Assembly (NCBI RefSeq): GCF_028641065.1 | Contig: NW_026575374.1 | Location: forward strand, 124,001 to 188,000 | Length of the DNA stretch: 64,000 bases | Source of the DNA: Leucoraja erinacea | Taxonomy: Eukaryota | Direction: 5' to 3' | Part shown: one piece after another, positions 40,003 through 53,649 of the stretch | How positions within the stretch are numbered: position 1 is the stretch's first letter | How the letters are laid out: every line of letters starts with the position of its first letter | Made by a program: the position numbers and the translations under genes | Notes under the pieces: generated by a model | The model's input: only the letters and a program-made list of their open reading frames with translations | Told to the model about the DNA's origin: nothing | Database searches by the model: none

Positions 40003-40668
40003 GGCAGGTGCAGCAGGCAGTGAAGAAAGCAAATGGTATGTTAGCATTCATAGCAAAAGGATTTGAGTATAAGAGCAGGGAGGTTCTACTGCAGTTGTAC
40101 AGGGTCTTGGTGAGACCACACCTGGAGTATTGCGTACAGTTTTGGTCTCCTAATCTGAGGAAAGACATTCTTGCCATAGAGGGAGTACAGAAGGCTCACC
40201 AGACTGATTCCTGGCAGGACTTTCATATGAAGAAAGACTGGATAGACTCAGCTTGTACACGATATAATTTAGAAGATTGAGGGGGGATCTTATAGAAACT
40301 TACAACATTCTTAAGGGGTTGGACAGGCTAGATGCAGGAAGATTATTCCCGATGTTGGGGAAGTCCAGAACTAGGGGTCACACAGTTTAAGGATAAGAGG
40401 GAAGTCTTTTAGGACCGAGATGAGAAAATCATTTTTTACACAGAGTGGTGAATCTGTGGAATTCTCTGCCACAGAAGGTAGTTGAGGCCAGTTCATTGGC
40501 TATATTTAAGAGGGAGTTAGATGTGGCCCTTGTGGCTAAAGGGAATCAGGGGGTATGGAAAGAAGGCAGGGATGGGATACTGAGTTGGATGGTCAGATCG
40601 AATGGCGGTGCAGGCTCGAAGGGCCGAATGGCCTACTCCTGCACCTATTTTCTATGTTTCTATGTCTA
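40003..40668 (+). mobile_element. CR1 LINE 3' part
   Basis: QVQQAVKKANGMLAFIAKGFEY...; tttctatg tail. Confidence 0.88.
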
Positions 40669-40834
40669 TGTAAGCCACCCGTGAGACGCCAGAAGATTTG
40701 GGATTGGCCGATGTTGTGCTTCTATTAAGAAGGCTTACACAGGAAAACCTGGGAATGATCGACCAGTGAATCATGTTACTGGAGGGGATTCAACAGGGGT
40801 TGAACGGCTCCAATTCTCAGTCCGCAATGTGAAC

Positions 40835-40853
40835 CAAAGATTATAGAGGAGCG
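40835..40853. mobile_element. CAAAGAT-family TIR remnant / footprint
   Basis: atgtgaac|caaagattatagaggagcg|gtgtgaac. Confidence 0.7.
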
Positions 40854-40861
40854 GTGTGAAC

Positions 40862-41022
40862 CAAAGATCTTAGATCCGATCTTTGGCCGGAAACAAGATG
40901 GCCGAACAAGATGGCGGGGGCTGGTTGCTAAAATTAGTCCTATAATCACCCATGAATCTGCCCATGAGCGTACTATAAGTTTGCGTGAGAGTAATCCATC
41001 TTGCTTTGCTCTAAGATCTTTG
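40862..41022. mobile_element. CAAAGAT-family MITE, 161 bp
   Basis: TIR caaagatcttaga / tctaagatctttg; exact 8-bp TSD gtgtgaac (40854-40861 and 41023-41030). Confidence 0.88.
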
Positions 41023-41059
41023 GTGTGAACCGGGCAGAATCCCGGGTAATGCGAACGAC

Positions 41060-41212
41060 TTCTAATTGGTGGAAGGGGGGATTGTTGCGTCCCCTCAGAT
41101 ATCCAATCAGAACGTCTGAAAGTTGTAATTATTCGTGTCTCAAACCGACCAATAGAATTTGTTCCTGCTCTATCCTACATTAGCATAGGGCGACGGCGCT
41201 GTCTATTTAATC
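41060..41212 (+). promoter_or_regulatory. H2B promoter (CCAAT x2, octamer ATTAGCAT 41179-41186, TATTTAA)
   Basis: Motifs in the classical H2B order upstream of ATG 41261. Confidence 0.78.
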
Positions 41213-41260
41213 CGCGCTCCGAATAACTGTTTCTGTCTTCGATTGAAATCCTCTGAGAAA

Positions 41261-41626
41261 ATGCCTGAGCAGCTGAAAACAGCTCCCAAGAAGGGCGCTA
41301 AGAAAACCTTACCGAAGCCAGTGGGCAAAAAACGCAAGAAGTCGAGGAAACAGAGTTACTCCATCTACATCTACAAAGTGATGAAGCAGGTTCACCCTGA
41401 CACCGGCATCTCTTCCAAGGCGATGGGCATTATGAGCTCGTTCGTCAATGATATTTTTGAGCGCATCGCGGGCGAGGCGTCCCGCCTGGCCCATTACAAC
41501 AAGCGGTCCACCATCAGTTCCCGGGAGATCCAGACCGCCGTGCGCCTGCTTCTGCCTGGGGAGCTGGCCAAACACGCCGTGTCCGAAGGGACAAAGGCGG
41601 TTACCAAGTACACCAACTCCAAATAA
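41261..41626 (+). CDS. H2B: Histone H2B, 121 aa
   Basis: [12 protein letters not shown]...[14 protein letters not shown]...[21 protein letters not shown], with a stem-loop. Confidence 0.97.
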   Translation: MPEQLKTAPKKGAKKTLPKPVGKKRKKSRKQSYSIYIYKVMKQVHPDTGISSKAMGIMSSFVNDIFERIAGEASRLAHYNKRSTISSREIQTAVRLLLPGELAKHAVSEGTKAVTKYTNSK

Positions 41627-41666
41627 ATATCCACTGGGTACGGACAAAACAAATTGAAAACCCAAC

Positions 41667-41682
41667 GGTTCTTTTCAGAACC
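41667..41682 (+). terminator. Histone 3' stem-loop of H2B
   Basis: GGTTCTTTTCAGAACC, with HDE-like aaagagt near 41698. Confidence 0.93.
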
Positions 41683-42369
41683 ACGTACATTTTCGATAAA
41701 GAGTAAAATGTCAAGTAATTCAAACACGTTGTTCTTCTAATTTAATAACCTTTTTTTTTCCAGATTTAAGCATCCGCTGGCCGGGATACACCCCGCATAA
41801 CTGCAGAATTCCTACGTCCACAATTACTTTCTCCGTCACTCAGAAATTAGAGCAAGATTTTATCATGTTGCTATTCAAGAATCTAAACAAATGTAATTGT
41901 TTTTATATTGTAGTTGTTTTTAATTGTATATTATTTCAATACATGCAAAAATCCGAACACAATAACGTGAGTTCAGTTTACTTCAAAGATACAGAGTGGA
42001 AACAGGCCCTTCGCACAATGATCCCCGCACATTAACACTATCCTACACAAATGTACAATTTTACCAAGCCAATTCGCCTACAAACCTGTACGTCTTTGGA
42101 GTGTGAGAGGAAGCTGAGCACCTGGGGAAAGCCCACATAGGTCATGTGGAGAATGTACAAACTCCTTACAGACAAAGCAACCGTAGTCAGGATCGAACCC
42201 GGTTCATTGGGGCTGTAAGGCAGTAACTCTACTGCTGGTCCACTGTGCTGCCCCAGGTCTCTCGCTGCCCCAGGTCTTCCCAAAATGCAACACCTCAACT
42301 GGTCAGGTTAGAGTCAGAGATTAGGAAGGAACTGCAAATACTTGTTTAAACCGAAGATGGACACAAAAG

Positions 42370-42795
42370 AGGAGGCCCGTGACAGCGAGGGAATGGGAAT
42401 GAGAATTAAAGTGTTTCACAACTGGGAGATCAGTCAGTCAGACTGATCTGATCTGATCAGCGACTGATCAGTCACCCAGCCAGACTGAGCGAAGGTGTTC
42501 AGCGAAACGATCACCCAGTCTATGTTTGTTCTTGCCTGTAAGAGCCCACACGTTGAATAACGGATTTAGTAGATGAGGTTAGAGGAGGTGCAAGTGAACC
42601 TCTACCTAACCTGAAAGGACTGTCGAGGTCCCTGGACAAAGTCGAGGGAGGAGGTACAGGGAGAGGTGTTGCATCTCCTTGCGTAGTGAGGGAAAGTACT
42701 TGGGGAGGGGGTGGTTTAGGTGGGAAAGGGATGAGTTAACCAGGGAATTGTGGAGGGAACGGTCTCTGGAAGGCGGAAAAGGGTGAAGATGGGAG
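42370..42795 (-). mobile_element. Penelope-like GIY-YIG fragment
   Basis: Minus strand reads SNLIY..CSTCGL..KNKHRLGDRFAEHLRSV. Confidence 0.7.
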
Positions 42796-42927
42796 AGTTG
42801 GCTAATACAAGTGAAGTTTTATTTCATGAGATCCTGCGCGCTTTCTGTTAACGACAAACAAAAGTGTTTGTCGTCCTTTAGCGTTCTTCTAAGTGGCCTT
42901 TGAATTGTGTTGTGGTGAAGCAAGTCT

Positions 42928-43200
42928 CTATTTGCAGCCGGTGTATTTGCTGACCGCTTTTGTTCCTTCAGAAATAGCGTGCTTGGACAGTTCCCGGGCA
43001 GCAGGGAGGTCTGGATCTCCCGAGAAGAGATGGTCTGCCGTTTGCTCTACCGGATAAAGCGGGAAGCCTCGGAGGCGAGGTGCTCAAATATGTCATCGAC
43101 GAAAGAGTTAATGATACTCATGGCCGAAGAAGCGATGCCCGTATTCGGGTGTACCCAAAGATCTTATAGCAGATCTTATATCCTTTCTACTTTTTTCCAT
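42928..43200 (-). pseudogene. H2B: Divergent H2B pseudogene interrupted by a CAAAGAT remnant at 43156
   Basis: [46 protein letters not shown]...ELSKHAISEGTKAVSKYTGCK*; upstream MEKSRK at 43200. Confidence 0.85.
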
Positions 43201-43789
43201 CTCGGTCAACGTACTTCTGTTCCAAATTTGAAACCACTCAACCGCAGACATGTCCATTGTTCTCACCATCTTTCTCCTTTTATAGTAGTTAAAACGTATT
43301 TAATTTCAAACTTTTCATCGTTCTAAAGGAAGATCAAGGACTTGAAATATTCAGATTTTCTTTATCCTCAAGGACTGCCTGACCTGCAACATTCGCAACA
43401 TTTCTGAATTTAACTTCAGATGTTCAGCACCTGCAGATATGTTTTTTTTGCTTTTGATTTGACAGGTTTTCTTCCACAGAGAATGTACAAAGTATGTTAG
43501 ACAGAGAGCAGCACATCACAGGAGTGCATTGTTTGTGCCAAACATGATGCCAAGTTAAACTGATTGCATTTGCCTGTACATTATCAAAATCTCCCTATTC
43601 ACTGCATTTGTTCATGCTAATCTAAACGCCTTTTAAATGCCACTATCGTAGCAGCCTCCAGCTTTTCAAAATGAATTTTACTTTCATTAAATCCAGGTTT
43701 TTATCATCAATTTACACACAATACCCCATAATTAAAAAGTGAAAACAGGTGTTTAGAAATGTTTGCAAAGTAATTAAAAAGAAATAACT

Positions 43790-44455
43790 GAAATATCTAA
43801 TTTACGTAAGTATTCAGACACTTTACAAAGTACTTTGTTGAGGCACTTTAGCAATGATTACATTCTCAAGTCTTCTTGTGTAGGACGCTACATGCTTGGC
43901 ACACCTGTATTTGGGTAATTTCTCACATTCTTCTCTGCAGATCCTCTCAAGCTCTGTCAGGTTGGATGGGGAGCGTAGCTGCACAGCTATTTCCAGGTCT
44001 CTACAGAAATGTTTGATTGGGTTCAAGTCTGGGCTATGGCTGGGCCACTGAAGGACATTCACAGACTTGGCACAAAGCCATCCTGCATTGTCTTGGCTGT
44101 GGTGCTTAGGGTCGTTGTCCTGTTGGAAGGTGAACCTCTGCCCCAGTTTGAGGCCCAGAATGCTCTGGAGCAGGTGCTCATCAAGGATCTCTCTGTACTT
44201 TGCTCCGTTCATCTTTCCCTCAATCTTGACTAGTCTCCCAGTTCCTACCACTGAAAAACATCCCCACAGCATGATGCTGCCACCATCATGCTTCACCGCA
44301 GGTATGGTATTGGCCAGGTGATGAGCGGTGCTTGGTTTTCTCCAGACGTGACTCTTGGCATTCAGGCCAAAGAGTTCAATCTTGGTATCGTTAGACCAGA
44401 GAATCGTGTTTCTCATTCCTTTTTGGCAAACTCCAAGCGGGCTGTCATGTGCCTC
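43790..44455 (-). mobile_element. Tc1 transposase remnant (DDE domain)
   Basis: WSNDTKIELFG, KHDGGSIMLWGCF, FQQDNDPKH, WPSHSPDLNPIKH. Confidence 0.92.
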
Positions 44456-46375
44456 GTAGCAAAGATGAGCGAGAAGCAATAGGATTGGGTAATGTTTAAA
44501 GAGCTGAAGATAACTAAAAATGACAATACGGGGAGAAAAGATGAGGTACCAAGGTAAGCTAGCCAAGAATATAAAGGAGGATAGTAAAAGCTTATTTAGG
44601 TATGTGAAAAGGAAAACACTAGTTAAGACCAAAGTAGGACCATTGAAGGCTGAAAAAGGTGAATTTATTATGTGGAACAAGGAAATGGCAGATGAGTTGA
44701 ACAGGTACTTTGAATTTGTCTTCACACATCATCTTCCTGATGTACTAGTGGCCAGAGGATCTGGGGTGACAGATGAACTGAAGGAAACCCACATTAGGCA
44801 GGAAATGGTGTTGGGTAAACTGATGGGACTGAAGGCTGATAAATCCCCAGGGTCTGATGATCTGCATCCCAGGCTACTTCAGGAAGTGGCACTAGAAATC
44901 GTGGATGCATTGGTGATAATGTTCCAATGTTCTATAGATTCAGGATCAGTTCCTGTGGATTGGAGGGTAGCTAATGTTATCCCACTTTTTAAGAAAGGAA
45001 GGAGAGAAAAAATAGGTAATTATAGACCAGTTAACCTGACATCAGTGGTGAGGAAATGCTGGAGTCAATTATAAAAGATGAAATAATAGCACATTTGGAT
45101 AGAAGTAAGAGGATTGGTCCGAGTCAGCATGGATTTACGAAGGGGAAATCATGCATGACTAATCTGGAATTTTTGGAGGATGTAACTAGGAAAATGGACA
45201 AGGGAGAGCCAGTGGATGTAGTGTACCTGGACTTTCGGAAAGCATTTGTTAAGGTTCCACATAGGAGATTAGTTTGCAAAATTAGGTCACATGGTATTGG
45301 TGGTAGAATGCTGACATGGATAGAAAATTGGTTGGCAGACAGGAAACAAAGAGTAGGGATTAACGGGTCCCTTTCAGAATGGCAGGCAGTGACTAGTGGG
45401 GTACCGCAAGGCTCGGTGCTGGGACCGCAGCTATTTACAATATACATCAATGGTTTAGATGAAGGGATTCAAAGTAACATTAGCAATTTTGCAGATGACG
45501 CAAAGCTGTATGGCAGTGTGAACAGTGAGGAGGGTGCTATGAGAATGCAGCGTGATTGGACAGGTTGGGTGAGTGGGCAGATGCATGGCAGATGCAGTTT
45601 AATGTGGTTAAATGTGAGGTTATCCTCTTTGGTAGTAAAATACAGGAAGGCAGATTATTATCTAAATGGTATCAAGTTGGGAAAATGGGAAGTACAACGG
45701 ATCTGGGGGTCCTTGTTCATCAATCAATGAAAGTAAGCATGCAGGTACAGCAGGCAATGAAGAAAGCAAACGGCATGTTGGACTTCATAACAAGAGGATT
45801 TGAGTATAGGAGTAAATATGTCCTTCTGCAGTTGTATAATGCCCTAGTGAAACCACACTTGTGTGCAGTTTTGGTCCCCTAATTTGAGGAAGGATGTTCT
45901 TGCTATTGAGCGAGTGCAGCGTAGGTTTAAAACTTTAATTCCCGGGATGGCGGGTTTTTCATATGCTGAGAGAATGGAGCGGCTGGGCTTGTATACTATG
46001 GAATTTTGAAGGATGAGAGGGTATCTTATTGAAACAAATAAGATTATTAACGGCTTGGACATGCTAGAGGCAGGAAACATGTTCCTGATGTTGGGCGAGT
46101 CCAGAACCAGGGGTCACAGTTTAAGAATAAGGGGTAAGCCATTTAGAACGGAGATGAGGAATCACTTTTTCAATCAGAGAGTTGTGAGTCTGTGGAATTC
46201 TCTGCCTCAGAGGGCGGTGGAGGCTGGTTCTCTGGATACTTAAAGATAGCGGAGTCAGGGGATATGGGGAGAAGGCAGGAACGTGGTACTGATTGGGGTT
46301 GATCAGCCATCATCACATTGAACGGCGGTGCTGGCTCAAAGGGCCAAACGGCCTACTCCTGCATCTATTGTCGAT
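44456..46375 (+). mobile_element. CR1 LINE, ORF2 RT region and 3' end, frameshifted
   Basis: KSPGSDDLHPR, NYRPVNLTSVV, YLDFRKAF, GVPQGSVLGP, FADD. Confidence 0.92.
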
Positions 46376-46379
46376 TGTC

Positions 46380-47085
46380 TATTGCAGATAGTGAAGAAGG
46401 ATGTCAAAAACTGCATCTTGAGTGGTTGGTCAGGTGGGCTGAGGAATGTTTGATGGAATTTCATACACAAAATGTGAAGTCGCATTTTGAAAATCTAACA
46501 TGGGCAGGACCTACACAGTGAATGGTATGGCTCTGGGGAGTATTGACGACCAGAGGGATCTTGGAGTGCAGGTGCATGGTTCCCTGAAGGTGGTGCCACA
46601 GGTATATAGATAGGGTGGTCAAAGATACTTTTTTTCACTGTTCTTCGTTAGTCAAAGTATTGAGCACAGAGGTTGGGATGTCATGTTGCAGTTATCGTTG
46701 GTGAAGCTGCATTTAAAGTAGTGTGTTCAGTCTGGATACCATATTACAAGAAAGATGTTGTCAAGTTATAAAGGGTGAAGCGAAGATTTACGAGGATGTT
46801 ACCAGGACTTGAGGATCTGAGCAGAAGGGAGAGGTTGGAGCACTGCAGGATGAGCGATGATCTTATAGAGGTATATGAAACAAATAGATCAGTAGACGCA
46901 CATAGACTCTTGTCAAAGGTAGGGGAAGCGAGAACTAGAGGACATAGGTTTAAGGTGATGGGGGAAAAATTTAATAGGAATCTGACGGGTAACTTTTTTA
47001 CGTAAACGGTGGTGGGTGTATGGAACGATCTGCTAGAGCAGGTAGATGAGGCAGGGGTGATTGCAACATTTAAGAAATTATCTTG
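46380..47085 (+). mobile_element. Older CR1 3' fragment
   Basis: KRRFTRMLPGLE...RTRGHRFKV. Confidence 0.75.
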
Positions 47086-47600
47086 ATCCCAGTGGAATGT
47101 AATAATAATATATTTTATTGTCATTGCACATCAGTGCAACGAGATTTGGTATGCAGCTTCCAACCGATGTCAAAAAAATAAAATAAATAAATAAACTGTG
47201 CGACGTGACCATCTGAGGGAGACTGTCCAGGGGGGGTGGGGGGCACTCAGCAGGGCCGGTTCAGAGCCGCTATAGCTCTGGGAATGAAGCTGTTTCTGAG
47301 TCTGGAGGTTCGGGCGTAGAAGGCCTTGTACCATACAATTTAGGCTGTGTGAATATCGAGGTGATAATAAAATTAAACTGGGTGTTATAATTTAATCTTG
47401 TGCGTTACCAAAATACCGGATGTAGATTGGTTATGGTTATTGAATCTGTCAGCCAAATAGGGGTGGAAATAGTTTATCTTGACAAACAGATGACAGAACT
47501 GCCAACTCCTCTGGGAAATCAGTCATTTAAAATGTTGATGTGGAAACAACAGGGGATTTGAACTTTAAACCATTCATAACAATTATTTATTAGTACGGAA

Positions 47601-47698
47601 TCTGGTTACTGAAATGGATCCTATAATTGCCCATGAATCTGCCCATGACCGTAATACGTGTTTTGCATAGGCCATCTTGCTCCGCTATAGGATTTTTG
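47601..47698. mobile_element. CAAAGAT-family terminal fragment
   Basis: cctataat..cccatgaatctgcccatga.cgta...ccatcttgctccgctataggatttttg matches 40921-41022. Confidence 0.75.
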
Positions 47699-47699
47699 A

Positions 47700-48215
47700 T
47701 CTCAGCTGCACGGAGGCGGAGAGGAGAACCCTTCAGCACGTCGACCACAGAGCACAGAAGATTATTGGGACACAGCTACCAGCCTTGGAGGGCATCTACC
47801 ACACACGGTGCCTCCGGAAGGCCGTCAGCATCCATAAAGACTCCTCACACCCTTGTAATGGACTGTTCGAACTCCTACCTTCCGGCAGACATTACAAGGC
47901 CTTCTACGCCCGCACCTCCAGACTCAGGAACAGCTTCATTCCCAGAGCTATAGCTGCTCTGAACCGGCCCTGCTGAGTGCCCCCCACCCCCATGGACTGT
48001 CTCCTTCGGATGGTCACGTCGTACAGACACATCTGCACTTTAGTCTGTCGTGACTGTTTACTGTTTTAATGGTCTTTTTACAAACCATGTTCACGGGGTA
48101 TCTAAATCTAAATTATATTAGTTATTTAAGTTATGACATCGGATGGAAGCTGCATACCAAATCTCGTTGCACTTATGTGCAATGACAATAAAATGTATTA
48201 TTATTATTATTATTA
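47700..48215 (+). mobile_element. Rex1-type LINE 3' end (inverted partial copy near 47100-47330)
   Basis: KDSSHPCNGLFELLPSGRHY...RLRNSFIPRAI; (tta)n tail. Confidence 0.75.
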
Positions 48216-48889
48216 ATAATAGTCATGTGCAGTAGATGTACCTGGCAACATCACAACACATTTTATGTGTGAGCTTATTTTGAGAAGGAATGTTTATTCT
48301 GCCTTTGTAAAATACATAAAATAAATAGATGTGTAATTGCAACAAAATGAATGTGTTTGTAGGAAGAATTTTAAATAAAACTTCACTTTTGCTAAAACTT
48401 TGATGCTGTCATTTGCAGGTACCATGGTTTGAATGATTGTCTGCGATTTGGTATTAGTGCTGTAATGTGACGCAATAACTTGTTCTGTGTTTAATATCTT
48501 GATAATATAGTGGGCTATACCCTGATTATATTAGTAACCTGTGGTGTATTTGGTGCTGGGAACGGACTTTAAATAATACTTGGACACGGGAGTAAACTAA
48601 CAAGCTTATTTTATTCTGAATGCCACAAAGAGTCTCTCCTGTGCATGCATCAATTGCGCACGACCTTAAATATGTTAATTATATTTCATACACAACACAA
48701 CTCCCCCTTTAACTTGGATGCAGGTAACACAATTTCACCTTCACGGTAGATGCTCTTTACCAAAAATATAATTGATTAATACACTGTTCCAAAATTGTAT
48801 TATTAAAGTCATCTTACAATACATCCTCATAACTGTAATAATCATACCTAAACTTAGTACTTGTAATTTTTACATTCCACCCATCTTCC

Positions 48890-50555
48890 TTAAACCAAAT
48901 CCATTACACCTTGCTTTATGTGATAACCTTTATAAAGAACAAAGTCCTCAAATCTTTTGGGCGTTCTTTTTGTCCTATCAGACCTTTGTCTCTCTGCCTG
49001 TGTCGGCCTTTGCACGTTATCTGAGACATCAGGCTCTGGTTGTGATAATATATTATCACTAGGGGCTAGAGGTTCCCCGCGCTCTGAATTTCCTTCAGGA
49101 TCTACACCAGCTGTTGGAGTAGACATAACTATCAGTGGCTCCTCGCTTGGTTGACCCCCTTCTCTTAGCTGGACACCGCCGTGCTTGTCACCTTTTGGCC
49201 AGGATGCTCTTATTTGATCGACATGACGATGCACAACTCTTTCCTCATTCAACTTTGTGTTGTACATGACTTCACTGATTACTTCTTCTATCATCCCATA
49301 AAACCAAGTAGGGCCTGAAGTGACGTTCTTGACCATGACATGGTTATTCATTTCAAAGGCTCATTCCTCGCTTCCTCGATCTGCTGCCTGTTTCATTGAA
49401 GCTTGCTTCCTCTGGACAGATTTGCTGAGATCGGGTCGCAGACTGTCAAGTTTAGTGCGGATCTTTCGTCTGAACATCAGTTCACTGGGTGACTTTCCAG
49501 TCATTTCTTGAGGTATGACTCTGTATGTCAACAAGAACTTCTAGAGCGTTAGTTCCAGGTCCGATCCTTTCTCTTTCTTCACACCTGCGTACACCTCTTT
49601 TGGTTAGTCCGTTGCTGGACGGGTGTTTGGGTGATGTTTGAATACGGCAGATGTTGTTGCTACTGAGGAACCTGGCAAATTCCTCAGACACAAACTGCGT
49701 ACCGTTGTCTGTTACCACCGTTTCCGGTAACCCATGAGTTGCAAACAACCGTCTCAGGGCAATCACTGTTGCTGCTGATGTTGCGTGTCTCACCCGAATG
49801 GCTTCAATCCATTTACTGTGAGCATTGACCACAATCAGCAAATTCTCTTCGTCCAGGCTGGCATAATCACAGTGAATCCTACTCCCCGGTTTCGCAGGAA
49901 ACTCCCATGGATGGCTGCCACCGGACTATGTTGACTATGCTGTCAGCTTGGGCAACTTCTCACTTGCTGTTCCAACTCTTTTTTGATTCGGGCACCAGAC
50001 GTTTGATCTTGCCAATGCCTTCATTTTCACGATGCCAGGGTGCGTGCTATGAAGTTCTTCAAGGATTCTAGTCCTCATCTTAAGATTATCTGGGATGACC
50101 ACTCGTGATCCCCACAGGATAATGTCATCCTCCACTGACAGCTCTTCTTTCTTGCTGGCAAAGGGCTTTACTCCTCTGGAAGATTCCTAGCACATAGCCA
50201 CCCTTCCATGATGTGGCTCCTCACCTTTGACAGAACTTTGTCCTTCTTGGTGGCTCTCTTCACTTCCTATGTGTCCAGATTGGTGAGCAAGTTGCTGCGT
50301 GCCTCTGGTGCTTCATCGAGCTCAGGGTGATTCCATGAAGAGTCCTCTTCGTGGATCGGAAAGCGCAACAATGCATCAACATTCTGGTGTTTCTTGCCTT
50401 CCAGATGGACAATCCTATAACTGTAGACAGACAGAATCATATGCCATCTTGCTACCCAGGCAGAGGCCATTGGGCTTGCAGGTTTGTGGTCACCAAACAG
50501 TCCCATCAGAGGCTTGTGATCAGTCACAATGGTGAAAAACCTCCCATGTAACTGC
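48890..50555 (-). mobile_element. Gypsy pol remnant (RNase H end plus integrase)
   Basis: TDHKPLMGL, LHSTHPGIVKMKALARS, HGLPETVVTDNGTQFVSEEF, HPSSNGL, RHVDQIR. Confidence 0.9.
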
Positions 50556-50774
50556 ATTCAGTATATTTACAATACACAAAATTAATTTATAATACTAAGT
50601 TTACTTTCATTAGGGGAGTACGTCACGACGTGTGGTGTGGCGGCGTCTAACGGCAGCGGCTCAACTACAGTCGTCCGTCTTTTTTTTTATGTTGGTTTTG
50701 TTAAATGTATGTTTTGAGCTTAGTTTTTATTAGTTTATTAGCTGTGTATATGTGGGGGATGGAGGGCGGGATGT

Positions 50775-51072
50775 GGGGTCACAGTTTAAGGATAAGGGGG
50801 AAATATTTTAGGACCGAGATGAGGAAAACATTTTTCACACAGAGAGTGGTGAATCTGTGGAATTCTCTGCCACAGAAAGTAGATGAGGCCAATTCATTGG
50901 CTATATTTAAGAGGGAGTTAGATGTGGCCCTTGTGGCTAAAGGGGTCAGGGGGTATGGAGAGAAGGCAGGTATAGGATACTGAGTTGGATGATCAGCCAT
51001 GATCATATTGAATGGCGGTGCAGGCTCGAAGGGCCGCATGGCCTATTCCTGCACTATTTTCTATGTTTCTAT
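50775..51072 (+). mobile_element. CR1 3' end
   Basis: GHSLRIRGK...[11 protein letters not shown]; tttctatg tail. Confidence 0.85.
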
Positions 51073-51959
51073 GTTAGTCTCTTCCCTGTACGGGGACCCG
51101 ACTTTTTCCCTGTCGGGTCTCCGGTGTCGTTCGGCCTAACATAGTGGGGCTGGCGGCGGCCGGGACCAACCTGAGGGCTACAGTCGCGGACCTGAGGACC
51201 TGAGATCGCGGAGCTAGCCGTCTTCGGAGCGGGGAGAGCTGTGATGGCGCTCGGCTGCGACACGACTTTGGAGCTTTGGAAGCTCCGGCTGCAGGCTCGG
51301 TGGACAGGAACATCGGGAGCTCCAAGTCCCTGGTGGGAGGCGGCTTTTTGGAGCTCCCGCAACGGCAGCTTCTCCTGCTGGAATCGCGGGGTTGCAAGGA
51401 CACGGAGCGAGGCCTAACATCGCCCGGTGCGGGTTAGTGGCCACGGGATTTACCATCTCCTGCCGGGGGCTCTAACATTGGAGCCCCAGTTCGCCTAGAC
51501 GCTGCAGTTGGACCGCGGGTGAAGAATAAAGGGAAGAGAAGACTTTGCCTTCCATCACATTGAGGAGGTGTTGGAGACACACTGTGATGGATGTCCACGT
51601 AAATTATGTTAAGTGTGATCCTGAAACTGTGAAGTTACAACCATCAGGAAAAAACAAGCACTTTCAACAAGGAGAGAAGGTAAAAGGAATTACGTTGATA
51701 ATAACCTCTGAAATTGTATAGTGGTTAGATTCGTCATTTTAGTCCGTGGCATTGGCAAGAATGTGAAACGTTGCCATTACCAAAACAGTAATATGACCAG
51801 ACCCAGAGTCGAGGGGGAAACCGAAAATATGAGAAATTACGATTTATTATCATACATTAGGGTAGACTGTTATCAAAGTATTTAGACCAAGTTGTCGGTC
51901 TCTAAGAATGATGTGGTGGTCCTGATAAGGACCTTTGATCATAACTTTTCATTTATCTT

Positions 51960-52382
<423 letters not shown>

Positions 52383-53649
52383 TCACGTGATTTATCCTCC
52401 TGGATATATACGTCATTGTCGACGTCAAGTGAAATTGAATAAACAATGCTCTTCCCCACAGGAACAAAAATGCGTATTTGCACACTTCCTTGCAATTTGT
52501 GAAATGATATGATTTATTTCAACAACAGTCGTTTGTTGTTGGTGGGAAATGAAAGTTTGTTTTATAAACCTTGCCATTTTATGGGAGAGAAACACATAAT
52601 GCTTGGAAACCAGATACATTTCTTGACTTTCATCCCAATTTTAACCCACTAAATTACTTCCTCTTGGACAATGGTTCCTGCAAGGAATACATTTATTGAC
52701 ATAGGCCATTGGAATTACACTCCAGACCCCACTCGAAACTGCTCTTTTAATCTCTCAAATGGAAAGATCGTGTTTGCAATTACATTTCAATTTCTACCTG
52801 CGCTGGATTTATTCCCAATCAAATTATTTTAAAACATTATGATTCAAAGTGCTGGAGCACCTCAGCATGTCAGGCAGCATCTCTGAAGAACATGGAAGAG
52901 ATAACATTTTGGAAGAAACTTCTTCAGAGTCTGAAAAAGGGTCTCGACCGGAGACATTGCCCACCAGTTTTCATGTTCCCCAGAGATGCTGTCTCACCCC
53001 CCAAATTCATAAAATCATGTTATAGGAGCAGAATTAGGCCATTTGGCCCATCACGTCTATTCTGCCATTCAATCATGGCTGACCTATCTCTCCCTCCTTA
53101 CCCCAAGGAGAGCCCTGAGTTCGAAATTCAGAGAAGACTATGCCCTACCAACAGAATGAATCTGGCAATTCATTCATATGGGTAATATCTGTCCAAGTTA
53201 TGACTTTTCTGATTTAGTTTAAGAAGTGATAAGTTGTAATAGTAAAACAAATGAGAAGTTATTAGAAGTCAATGATTTGCGTGAATGCTTAACTCGAGTT
53301 GTAATAAACCTTCAGATCCTCTTGTTCGACACGTCAGTTGATAGCCGATAGAAATAAAAGGGTCAACATTTTCGTGTGCGTGGTTGAGTGTTCAATTTTT
53401 TTGGTCCCACCGTGCCTGAATCACAGATGTGCCGGACAAAGCAGAGGAAGATCGAGAGGAAGTAAAAGTTGCTTAAGAGGATGTAAATCGTCCAGTAGTG
53501 AGGGTAAACTCTTGAGGGGCGTTCAGTATACCTCCTGTGAAGTGAGTCGGAGGGACTGGGTGGGAATTAGCAAGGAAGATGGTCACTCGGGATTAAAGGA
53601 CATCCAATGCCCTCTGGCCATACCGGAACGCTGGTCCAGCACTTTGTGT

